Position numbers and translations under genes: made by a program
Shown here: one piece after another, positions 53,417-64,000 of the stretch
Layout: the number at the start of each line of letters is the position of its first letter
Position numbering within the stretch: position 1 is the stretch's first letter
The notes under the pieces: generated by a model
What the model saw: only the letters and a program-made list of their open reading frames with translations
The model's database searches: none
Told to the model about the DNA's origin: nothing
Origin: Saccostrea echinata
Lineage: Eukaryota
Length of the DNA stretch: 64,000 bases
Direction of reading: 5' to 3'
NCBI RefSeq assembly: GCF_033153115.1
Contig: NW_026889763.1
Coordinates: forward strand, 17,360,001 to 17,424,000

Positions 53417-54163
53417 TGTCTGGGGACTATATCAGCCCCGATTTTTTTAAGCCCCCCATTCAAGTTCAGGCAAGTGGTAAATCTAGTACTCCCGATTCCC
53501 GACTCTCTTGGATTAGATTTTTGGTTGATATTCTCCACATCGCTGAAAAGATTCGGTTAAAATTTTTTAGGCTTATTAACTATGTTGAACTTAATTCGCA
53601 TAAACATAAAAATATAAAAAAAAATTATGAATGGTGGTATTTATGAACCAAATTGAGCAGTTTAATGAATCGGTATCCGTTTTTTGGTTTCAACTTCTAT
53701 AACTTAGTACTAGACTTTACCGTTTTGGACAGATGTCACCACCATACAATATATTGTTGATATATCTATGTATGTGGAACTAACTTTAACGTAGCAATTA
53801 TGTTCAAGTAGCTGGAAACGAATTTTTGGTGAAATTAAGAATATTAATAAAAAAATCGTAATCAGGAACAATCAGGAGTCGGAAATCAAATTAGAATATT
53901 ATACGTAACATTGTTGACATATTTATGTATGCGTCAGTGTATTCCAAAGCAGAAGTATGAAGCGATTCTGCACAGAAGAATGAAGAATATCAGAAGAAAA
54001 CCGAGAGAGTACGGCGTTAAGTAGATTTATATACCGCTTTCCGCTAGTTCATGCGAAAAATATCTGTACGTCCTAATGTTAACATAATATGCTGATTCTA
54101 TTTCCGGTTTTACTTTCGTTTTTTAAAGATCTTCATCATTCTGTCTAAAACCTGTGTAAAAAG

Positions 54164-57100
54164 ATGAACTGGTTTAATGGAAGTATACCTGAAGCCATAC
54201 AGAGATCTAAGCAACAGAAAGTTCTGTTTATTGTTTACATTTATGGTTAGTTCATTATTTTTTATTGAGCCTAACGCTATCAGTATAGGGGGATTCTGAG
54301 TATGCTTTTTATTGCATTTTCAGAAAGTGACAGTTACATCATGTATCATTGTATGTTGTCAGTTATCCAATATCTCATTCTGCAATCAGAAATTTAATTA
54401 AAAAAAAAATGAAACAAGTAAAAATATTTTACAAGACCCTTCTAAGACAGATCACAGGGGCTTGCTCCCGGCGTGTAATAATTATTTATTTAAAAAAAAT
54501 CATATACGTTAATACTAAAACTACACAAGGGAGGATGCCATTTTGGACCCCTTCCTCGCTTCAACCTCTGTTTTCGTTATATTTTCCTGTATTTTACTGA
54601 ATCACCGCCTCAGATCTGTCAAGTAATGATTCTTCTAGGACATAATGCTTAAATTTTCCCCTTGGAGCTCTTTAGGACAGTTGATAGGGACAGAAAACGA
54701 AAACACATTCGAAAATTTCGGGGTTTTTCTACTAGTTAGCACAGCTGCTAATTATAAATTTGAAAAAAAAAAACGCGTTCTAATTCCGTATTCGAATGTA
54801 AAACACCGAGGTTACTTTCGTTTTCTGTCCCTATCAACTGTCCTAAAGAGCGAGTTTGGATTATTATTAGTCTGAAATGTGTATTGTAGAGGCTCCAAGG
54901 GGAAAATTTAAGCATTATGTCCTAGAAGAATCATTACTTGACAGACCCGAGGCGGTGATTCAGTAAAATACAGGAAAATATAACGAAAACAGAGGTTGAA
55001 GCGAGGAAGGGGTCCAAAGTGGCGTCCTCCCTTGTGTAGTTTTAGTATTAACGTATATGATTTTTTTTTAAATAAATAATTATTACACGCCGGGAGCAAG
55101 CCCCTGTGGACAGACCGTTCTATCGTTGAAATATGTCCCGAGACACAGATTATTCTAACTAGACCATGTAGACCCTCTTATCTACTTCAAAAAATTGAAT
55201 TTCTGACATGGTAATAATCTTTTAATGTTCCTTTTATAATTTAAAGCAAATGAATAAGAAATTATTTTACAGGACAAAATGACATGTCAACAGAGATGGA
55301 TAAAGTGTGGAATGATCCAGAAGTTCTGACATTGTGCAATAGTAGTGGAAGTGTTGCTATAAAACTGGCAGCAAACAGGTGAAAGAAAATTTAGTACAGA
55401 AAGGGAATCTTTGTCTTTTTATGTATAGAGACTAATCTGAGAAAATTAAAATAGATTGTGATTGTATGTACTGAAGTTACATCACAATTTAATGGTCTGA
55501 AATATAAAGTTCATTGATTATTCATGTTATTTATGCTTATTATGATAAGCAAAATTGGCAAATCAAATAAATTTGAATAAGATGATAAAGTTCTAAAGGC
55601 ATGAAATTCTTCTTATGAGTTAAAATATATCACTAACTAGTGCATGTACAGCAAAATTCCAGAGGACTATTACATAACTGTCTTCTATTTCAGTGAGGCT
55701 TGTGGACATTTTTCACAGATCTGTATCTTTTTTGATTTTTATATTAAGTTATTTTTCTGTATGATATAATATAGTAGACACCGGAGCACAGGCAAAGTAA
55801 AGGCCCTCAAACTTTAAACAGGTTATTTTATGTCCTTTAACTCCACCAGTAATTAAGTGAATGCCCCAATGAACAAACAAACAGCCCTCCTGATTTAATT
55901 TGTCACACATAAAATTCAGTTTATTTAACATGAAGAAGGTAGATTATTGTTTTAATGGAATCAAAATCCCAATTTAAATATATATTTTTATGTTCTTAAA
56001 TGTGAAAATGATCATTTTATGCAAATCAGAATAACTTAGAATTAGATATTGAATTATTTTCCACATGCCTAAATTCTGTTTCCCTAGAAGTCAGAAAAAC
56101 CACACTTCCTATAAATAAGAAGGGGGAAATATTTCTTTCGGCATATAGACATACATATAAATATAGTTCCTGTCACTGGCATTAATTATATTGCTAGTTA
56201 AAATTTCAAGCCTTAACTAAACAAGTTCCTGTTGTGGTTGTGCCCTCTACATATTTCATTGGGGTCAATGGGGCTCCTATTGAGGTGGCCGCAGGACACA
56301 AAGAGAAGGGGGAGTTCATTCAAGTCATTCAGAATGTGATCAAGGTATGTCGAGTTGTAAGGGAACACCATGAATTGTCTTGATCAATTTCATTGAACAA
56401 AAAATGTGTAAAATAATTTACTGTAAAATCACTTAATTTTGTGTTGTCAAATTTTTGTGGTTTGGGGAAAAAATATGGGTTCGTAGGGATTTGATTTCAT
56501 GGCTGAAAACATGAAAAGGATAGTCTTCTTCAAAATTCAAAATTCTACGGAGGTAATAAATTCTTGGGTTATTATACCACAAAAGCAAGGAAAATTAAAC
56601 CCTGTTGAAAATAAGTGATTTTACAGTAATCTCTATCCATTAAAATTTGACTAAATATGTGTCTACAAACATGTTGAAGAAAGATGCCATTTATCTTTTG
56701 TAGTTACACAATGATCAGTTGGCTGAAACCCAGCCTGGCCCCCCAACTGCAGTGGTACAGCCCAACACATCTGCAGCACAAAGCACAGCACCAAACACAG
56801 CACCAAGCACAGCACCAAACACATCAACACAGTCAGCACAGATAGAAAAACCACCTCTGGAGGAAAGAGTGCAAAAGTAAGATTAATGTTATGTTATGTA
56901 ATGTAATTCTGTTTTCAAAAGCATGTAAACATACTTATTATAGACACATAGGAGAAAAACTTGCCAATAAAGAATTGGAATAGATGAAAGAATGTGTCAG
57001 TGTGAACACATGTGATTAGTGAGCAATCAGTAATCATTAGGACATTTATTACTGTAGAGACTGGAGATGAAATAAGTTTCAGTGAAAGAAATAAGTTATA

Positions 57101-60100
57101 ATTATAAAATTGAAAGATATTTATTTAAACCAGGGCTCCCCAACCTTGGCACCATTTCATGTTTCTGGGACAATTTAAAAAATAGTGGAAGAAAACAAAA
57201 ATGTTCAATTAAAAAAATTTTTTTTTTGAAAGTTCATCAGAACAAAAAGGTTGTAGAAGTACATACAAATATAAAAAGAACTGAACAGCTATTATAATAT
57301 GTATTAAATTAAACCTATAGTAGAGGAAAAGACCCTGTGAACACTAATTAATCAAGCTCTGTCTCCTCTCAAGTCAAATTAAATAGCGTCTATATGTACA
57401 TTTCAAAAATATCTAACATTGCAACTGCTTAAATCAACACATCGCTATAAATTCATGTTACCTACCTATTTTATGAATACCAATGAGAAAAATGATACAG
57501 TTAAACTTGTCTAATCCAGACCTCACTGATTCCATAGAAATTGGCTGGATAAGACACCATTCCGGATTATACAAGATACAGATTAGACAGGTTCCACTGT
57601 AACTAGATTGGGGCTATTACACAGATGATTATTCATGATGATACATGTATATTGCAGAGCTAAAGAGAAGATGGAAATGAAGAGAGAGGAAAAAGAGAAA
57701 CTTGAAAAAGAGGTAGAGAAAATCTACAGGTGTAACAGTACATATAATATTTATGTGTATCAGTAATATGTATATGTATCAGTGATATACATGTCTATGT
57801 TTCAGTAATACTTATATATATCAGTAATATTTATGTAACAGAAAATTGAATTTGATGTCAAAAGATTAGGAAAGCTGTATATTATTATGATATGTATAAA
57901 TTATTAACTGGACAAGAGGAAGTATTGTTTGATCACCTGTGAGAGTTTATTTTAACATGTATACATGTAATATGATTGATATCAGAAAGAGAAAGAAGAG
58001 GAAAAAGAAAGACGGAAGCTTGGAAAAGATTTACAGAAACTAAAGGAATTTCAGAAGGAGAGGGAATTGAAGGATTCTGTGGAGCAGATGAGGAAAGAAA
58101 AAGCTGAAGAGAAGCGTCAAAGAGACAAAATCAGGGAGCAGATAGCTAGAGACAGGTACGGAATTGCGGAACGGGCAACTGAGGATAGGTTCAAATAACA
58201 GAATAAGTAGAGATAGGTAGGGAATAAAAAAAGTTAAACAAGGATAGGGTAAAATGAAAGTTAGAGACAGGTACGGAATTAAGGAACAGGCAACTGATGA
58301 TAGGTTAAAATAACAGAATGGGTAGCTTGAGAATAAAAAAACAGTTAACCATGGATAGGGAAAATTAAAAAAAAAAAAACAGATAGCTAGAGGTAGGTAG
58401 AGAATCACTGAAAAGATAACCAAGGATGGGTTATAATAAAAGAACAGGTACTTGTCTGTTCTGGGCTCTCAATTAGAAATAAAATGTTCTGTTCTGGTAC
58501 TAGGGATAGGTAGAGAATCATTGAAAAGATAGCCAAGGATGGATTATAATAAAAGAACAAGTAGCTAGAGATAAGTAGAAAATCACAGAACTAGTAAACA
58601 GGGAACAAAGCTTGGAATAGGTAGGGAATCAAAGAACAGAAAGTTGATAATAAATATAGACTCAATTAACAAATAGCTAGGAATAGGTAGTGATAAGAGA
58701 AAAAGATGGCAAGGAACAGAGAAACAAATAGCTTGTAATATGTTGGTAATCAAGGAACATACAGCTAGGAATAGCTTGGGGATCAAGGAAAAGGTAGCTA
58801 AAAGAATTAGGGAATTAGGGAACATGTGCTTTACCCAAATAGGTAGCTAAGAGAATTTGGGAAATAAGGAACAGGTACCTGTTGTTGAGGATTGTAGGTA
58901 TCGGGTAACAAATGTACTAAATCTTATTTTGGCATCAATAGAATTGTAAATTCAATCTGAATTGTCATTACATGTTTTTGTGAGGCTATTTATTTCATAA
59001 GAATTAGTCCAGGGTTATAAGGATTGTAGTAAATGACTTTTATTGGATCCCAGTGTACATGTACTTAATTATTGTCAAGACTATTTTAAATATCTGCTAT
59101 GTTGAACAGCCTCTAAGAGCTTGTAGCATAGCAAAATAAATTCATGACTTCAGAAAAGGATATTATTCTTTATTTGAAAAAAAAAATTGTTTATCACAAT
59201 TCCTATGTTTACAGATCCTTTTATGTCTTTGCAATAACTGTAAATCACTTTTTATTCAGAGAACTTTATTTCTATGTAATTACTTGAGATGGTCTGCTTG
59301 CAAAAATTTCATTCTCACTTCTATTTTCAATAACAGTATATATACAGCAATAACAAGCATTCACAAAAATTTTTTCTCGCTTATAAATACCAAATACGTA
59401 CCTTGTGAAAATAAGGTGTTGCGAAAATTTGGGGATCTACAGTATTTTATGAGTGTAGAATTTCTTGTTTTCTCAGGGAGGAGAGGGCAGCTCGCTTCAG
59501 AAAGGAGACACAGGAACAGAAACTGGCGGCAGAAGAGAAAAAACAGGCACAAATATCGGCCCGACAAAAACTCACACAGGAAGAGGAGGCCAAGAAAATG
59601 TGAGCTCCAAAGGATTAATTAAAAAATAGAAACAAAAATCCCTGAGTGAAAGTTTACATTTACTAACATAATGTTGTAAGATCATATAAACATTTTGAAG
59701 AAAGAAGTTTTCTATTAATTTGTTGATATATTTGTTTCCTTGTAGGGAGACAGCTCGGATCCAGGTGCGGCTTCCTGATGGAACATCTTTATCCAACACA
59801 TTCCCGTCCTCTGATATACTGCAGAGTGTTTATTCTGTAGTCTCAGGAGTAAGTTCACTGGTACAGGATTTAAAGAAGACATGTCATAGATTGAAGAAAA
59901 AAGAGAGCTGTGTTTTGTCAGTGGACATATTTGTGTAGTTGTGTTATATTTTGTGATTTCTGTTTTGCAGCATATTGGTGCTGATGTTACCCTTTCTACT
60001 GTCTATCCAAAGAGAATCTTTACACAAGATGACATGTCACAGACACTGCTCTCTCTTAATCTGGTTCCCTCCTCAGTGTTAATAGCTGTGCCGGTAAGTA

Positions 60101-61367
60101 TATTTCACAGACACTGTTCTCTCTTAACCTGGTTCTCTCCTCAGTGTTAATAGCTTTGCTGGTAAGTATATTTCACAGACATTGCTCTCTTTTAATCTGG
60201 TTCCCTCCTCAGTGTTAATAGCTGTGCCGGTAAGTATTTTTCACAGACACTGCTTTCTCTTAATCTGGTTCCCTCCTCAGTGTTAATAGCTGTGCCAGTA
60301 AGTATATTTCACAGACACTGTTCTCTCTTAACCTGGTTCCCTCCTCAGTGTTAATAGCTGTGCCGGTAAGTATATTTCACAGACACTGCTCTCTCTTAAC
60401 CTGGTTCCCTCCTCAGTGTTAATAGCTGTGCCAGTAAGTACATTGCCAGTAAGTACATGTCACAGACACTGCTCTCTCTTAATTTGGTTCTTTCTGTGAG
60501 TTAATAGCCATGCCAGAAAGTATTCTCAAGCCATTTCAATTCCCATGACTCTTACATATGTGCAGGCAATGCATTAATTGTTACACTCTTGGGTATCAAA
60601 GTTAATTTTTTTTGCAAAATCCAGTATTTACAAATAACTATTCAAAGCATCTTTGAAATATCTTTATAGCGAAAATCCAATGTGATATCCAGTCCAGGCA
60701 ACCCAGGTGGTGGAATTCTGGCTCTTATTTTGGCTCCATTTTTATTTTTGTGGAACATGATTCGAGTTTTTCTGTTTGGTGGACCATCACAAGCAAAATC
60801 AGAGGATGCTCCTCCAGCCACAGAGGAATCTCAGCCCTCATCTCAAAGAAGGCCCAGACCACAGACGTAAGTAATTCAAAATATACTACCCTTCCCACTG
60901 AGTATCTCAGCCCTCATCTTAAAGAAGCGCCAGACCACAAACATAAATAAGAGATACTACCCCCCTCCCCCAAGGGAATCTCATTTCTAATCTAAAAGAA
61001 GGACCAGATCACAAATACATGTATACATTAGTATGAATTGGGTCAAATGCATCTTTCCTAAATTTTTAAGAATGTTTTCTCAGACCATAGGAAGTTTAGA
61101 ATGCGAATGGAAGTCAAATAAAGCCCTCTAAAAAGTGATAAGGAGTTTATGTTAATGTCTGAAAAAATTTGCCCCAATTTTATTAAACCACGTATGTAAT
61201 GTTGAATCAATTCAGGCCTGTGTACATGTAATGTGATAACCCTCTCTTGTAGGGCCTACCAGAGGAGACCAATCCGTGCAGATGGAAATGTCCGAAGGTT
61301 GACAGACATGAGAGATGATGATGATGAAAATGCCACATGGAATGGGAACTCAACCCAACAAATGTAG
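54164..61367 (+). CDS. UBXN4: UBX domain-containing protein 4 (erasin), p97/VCP ERAD adaptor
   Basis: 12 in-frame exons: 54164-54245, 55273-55378, 55694-55722, 56226-56344, 56704-56876, 57658-57712, 57986-58155, 59477-59599, 59746-59848, 59971-60093, 60670-60866, 61253-61367. N-terminal MNWFNGSIPEAI thioredoxin-like region, coiled coil, UBX domain (ARIQVRLPDG...YPKR...LNLVPS), hydrophobic hairpin and the diagnostic C-terminus NATWNGNSTQQM*. Confidence 0.93.
54453..55108. mobile_element. Foldback/MITE-like non-autonomous DNA transposon in UBXN4 intron 1
   Basis: About 217-bp near-perfect inverted arms (CACAGGGGCTTGCTCC...), a second internal inverted pair, and flanks GACAGAT/GACAGAC (imperfect 7-bp TSD). 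Confidence 0.85.
55723..56225 (+). other. Probable U12-type (minor spliceosome) GT-AG intron, UBXN4 intron 3
   Basis: 5' end GTATCTTT, branch motif CCTTAAC at 56211-56217 just before the AG, no polypyrimidine tract; splicing restores FSQIF-PVVVVPS. Confidence 0.78.
56421..56626. mobile_element. Small MITE with TA TSD
   Basis: ta|ctgtaaaatcactta ... taagtgattttacag|ta. Confidence 0.7.
58130..58880 (+). repeat. Degenerate purine-rich repeat array derived from the UBXN4 exon 7 end
   Basis: Recurring variants of gaacagatagctagagacaggtacggaatt. Confidence 0.65.
59238..59442. mobile_element. Degenerate MITE related to 56421-56626
   Basis: ctgtaaatcac ... gggatctacag|ta. Confidence 0.45.
60037..60521 (+). 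repeat. 68-bp tandem repeat (about 7 copies) made from the 3' end of UBXN4 exon 10 and its donor
   Basis: Units start at 60037, 60105, 60173, 60241, 60309, 60377 and about 60460; the first six contain ...GTAAGT. Confidence 0.93.
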
Positions 61368-62425
61368 GAACCAATCAGAAAAATTCTTAACAGCTCTAAC
61401 AACCAATCAGAAAGAAAAACAAAAACTATTATGTTCATTTGAATCAGCCAGGTGTTGGTGTTGTAGACCAGAATCTTATACTGATGTGTAATAATGACCA
61501 AGCCAAGTATATAGTGTTTAAAATAGTATTTCTATCACAGAACACTTTAGATTCTAGTACTTTGTACGTTTTGAAATGTCTTCTTTTAAAACAAAAAAAA
61601 ATGAAATCAGAGAGATTCCGTTGCATGAGGATGTCCTGGAAGGACCTCATTATGTTTATGTATAAATCATGTCTGTCAGTTAATTTATTATGGTGCATCT
61701 TCCTTATCCAAGGGAATCCAGTTCGCTCTGCTCCCTACAAAGTTAATGTCAGCAGAGCAGATCGTAAATCCTTGGATAGCGAAGATTATTGTGGTGTTAG
61801 AAGAGGAAATGTAGTAATTGTTTTTTGGTATTTTTTGTTTTCTTTCAAATAAACTTTTGAAAACAATTAGTTTTTGTCCTAAATAATTTACCGTAATAAA
61901 TTTGTTTTCCAGACATTAAAAAGCCTAACAATATAATTATGTCGTCACTGTATGCAAGTGGGATAAGTTATATTTGATTTTTCTTAAAAGAAAGCACAGT
62001 GAAAAATGGTTTTTTTGATATTTAGTGTAAACTAATTACTGTAACGGTAAACATAAAATAGGATCATGTTAGTGGTATTACCATAGTAATGAAACAATTA
62101 ACCCATGGTAACCTGATGGAAAGTTTATAAGTGACACAAAGAATTGCCCAGCCATAGAGATAAAACACATAATGGATATCATAATTAAGATGTATCTGAC
62201 TTTTCGTGTACATTTGGAGTACCAAGAAAGGAGATGGGTGAACAAGGCGTGCAGAATGCCTATATAAAATCATATTCAGTTTGTGAATTTTAGTATTTAG
62301 AGTAAAGTTCTCATTACTGAAAATTATGAAATTATGATAAGTTTTCTGGGGAAAATTTTCTAGGCAAAAATTCTGGTATTAAAAAAATAATGTGGTATTC
62401 ATGGTATTTGTGAGGTTCAAACCCT

Positions 62426-63979
62426 AGCAATAAAAATCCTGAGTATCATTTTTCCTTTGAGACTAACACGCTTACCACTACGCTACACAGCTCTTGATGA
62501 ATTGTGGCATTTGAATCATGTTTGTGATATGACCCTGGACCAGGGACCTATATACTCACTTCAAGTATATTTAAAGGGTTTTTATCACGTATCTAAATAT
62601 TTAAAAAATGAAACACTATTATATTCTTGAAACATATAATTATCGTTTAAATATGAAATAACTTTGAAAACAGTCATAATTAGGCGATAAAACGCCCGTA
62701 ATATGGAGTTCTTGAAGTAAAAATCTCCACTAATTAGATAGGGGTCACGTGGTACTGAAACGTCATAGGTGTCAATGGTCAATTAGAACTCGTAAAGCTT
62801 ATCGTAAGAAAAATGTATCAAATAGATTTTGACGTTAAATAATATACACTACACAATAAGGTCGGTGGAAATTTTGACATCGACGATATTCTTTCAGTTA
62901 TAGACGGTCAATCTTTTATGATTGAACGTCTAGCAGAGAGAAATAACCAAGAAAATATGCTGACTATAGGAGAGAACATCAAAGACGAAGCCGTTGACAC
63001 CTCAGGACTTCCGACTAAATAGAGCGAGTAACTAAAGTTGGACTTCTTAAATATTTATTAATATTAGAATTTTAAATTCAACTTTTTCATTATTTTAATA
63101 AACTGTATATAAATATTCTATCTGTTCCAGTGAATCTCATGTACAAGAAATGACATTTCTTCAACACTGTTCGGTGGCGCCGTACGCCATTACGAAGTTC
63201 ACAACATTCCTACTAAGCATGTACTAGATTGCGTGTTGTGTATTTTTTTTTCCATTTTAAAAAGGTACCATGTCCTTAAGATATTTTATAGTACAGAAAA
63301 AAAATCGTGATCGGGCATATATGATTGTTCTGAATGGAGACAAAGCCCTCGCGTTTGCAGAAAAAAGGGCCCCTTTCACCATACTTGCCAACCTCCAACA
63401 TGTAAAAATCTGGTCATTACGCGTNNNNNNNNNNNNNNNNNNNNNNNNNNNNNNNNNNNNNNNNNNNNNNNNNNNNNNNNNNNNNNNNNNNNNNNNNNNN
63501 NNNNNNNNNNNNNNNNNNNNNNNNNNNNNNNNNNNNNNNNNNNNNNNNNNNNNNNNNNNNNNNNNNNNNNNNNNNNNNNNNNTTCTTTTATTAAACAGAG
63601 GCTTTAACTTACAATGACAAAAAATTAATATATATTGATTAAATTTACATGTTAAAAAAGAGCATTGAAGGTTTCATTATTCAGTATTGACCTGGATTAA
63701 GTGTGCATTTTTCTTAAAATGAAAGCTTTTTCAGAATCTGCATTGTTATTTTGAAGCACATGTTTGTGCTAAATTTGAAAGTATTCCAATTTTGGTCTTG
63801 AAGTTATTTTTCCTCTCCCGAATTAATTAACAAGTGCAATATGTATTAAATGTACAGTTAGACCTACCCTATCTTCGATCACAAACATGTTTTAAATGCC
63901 ACAATTCATCAAGAGCTGTGTAGCGTAGTGGTTAGCATGTTAGTTTCAAAGGAAAATGATACTCAGGATTTTTATTGCT
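62426..63979. repeat. ~100-bp inverted repeat pair (62426-62530 / 63878-63979) containing a tRNA-like A-box
   Basis: agcaataaaaatcctgagtatcatttt...acagctcttgatgaattgtggcattt and its reverse complement; an N-gap lies between the arms. Confidence 0.7.
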
Positions 63980-64000
63980 GATTAAGATGATTCCTTAGGG

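Noticed and set aside
58040-58825. Hydrophobic minus-strand ORFs resembling membrane proteins
   Set aside because: Antisense reading of the purine-rich exon 7 and its intronic repeat
61439-61852. 137-aa ORF after the UBXN4 stop
   Set aside because: Lies in the probable 3' UTR, non-ATG start, no domain features

Overview
AT-rich, intron-containing animal genomic DNA with four N-gaps. The repeats (Helentron-type elements carrying a ~166-bp satellite unit, Penelope-like 3' ends, MITEs) look like an oyster/bivalve genome; this is inferred, not proven. The main feature is an apparently very young 5.36-kb Ngaro-type (DIRS order) tyrosine-recombinase retrotransposon at 33167-38523. It has split direct repeats (A1...B1-A2-B2), a 6-bp AATAAT junction core at both ends and at the B1/A2 joint, and four uninterrupted reading frames: gag-like, RT/RNase H, tyrosine recombinase and an extra SGNH hydrolase. 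It lies antisense inside the 13-kb first intron of an intact claudin/PMP22-like gene, next to a tandem paralogue with a frameshift. Further right are an Ikaros/Pegasus-like zinc-finger gene and a 12-exon UBXN4 gene. UBXN4 has a probable U12-type intron and repeated copies of its own exon ends and splice donors inside three introns. The rest is mostly non-autonomous transposon debris. All calls come from reading the sequence by eye; no database searches were run.
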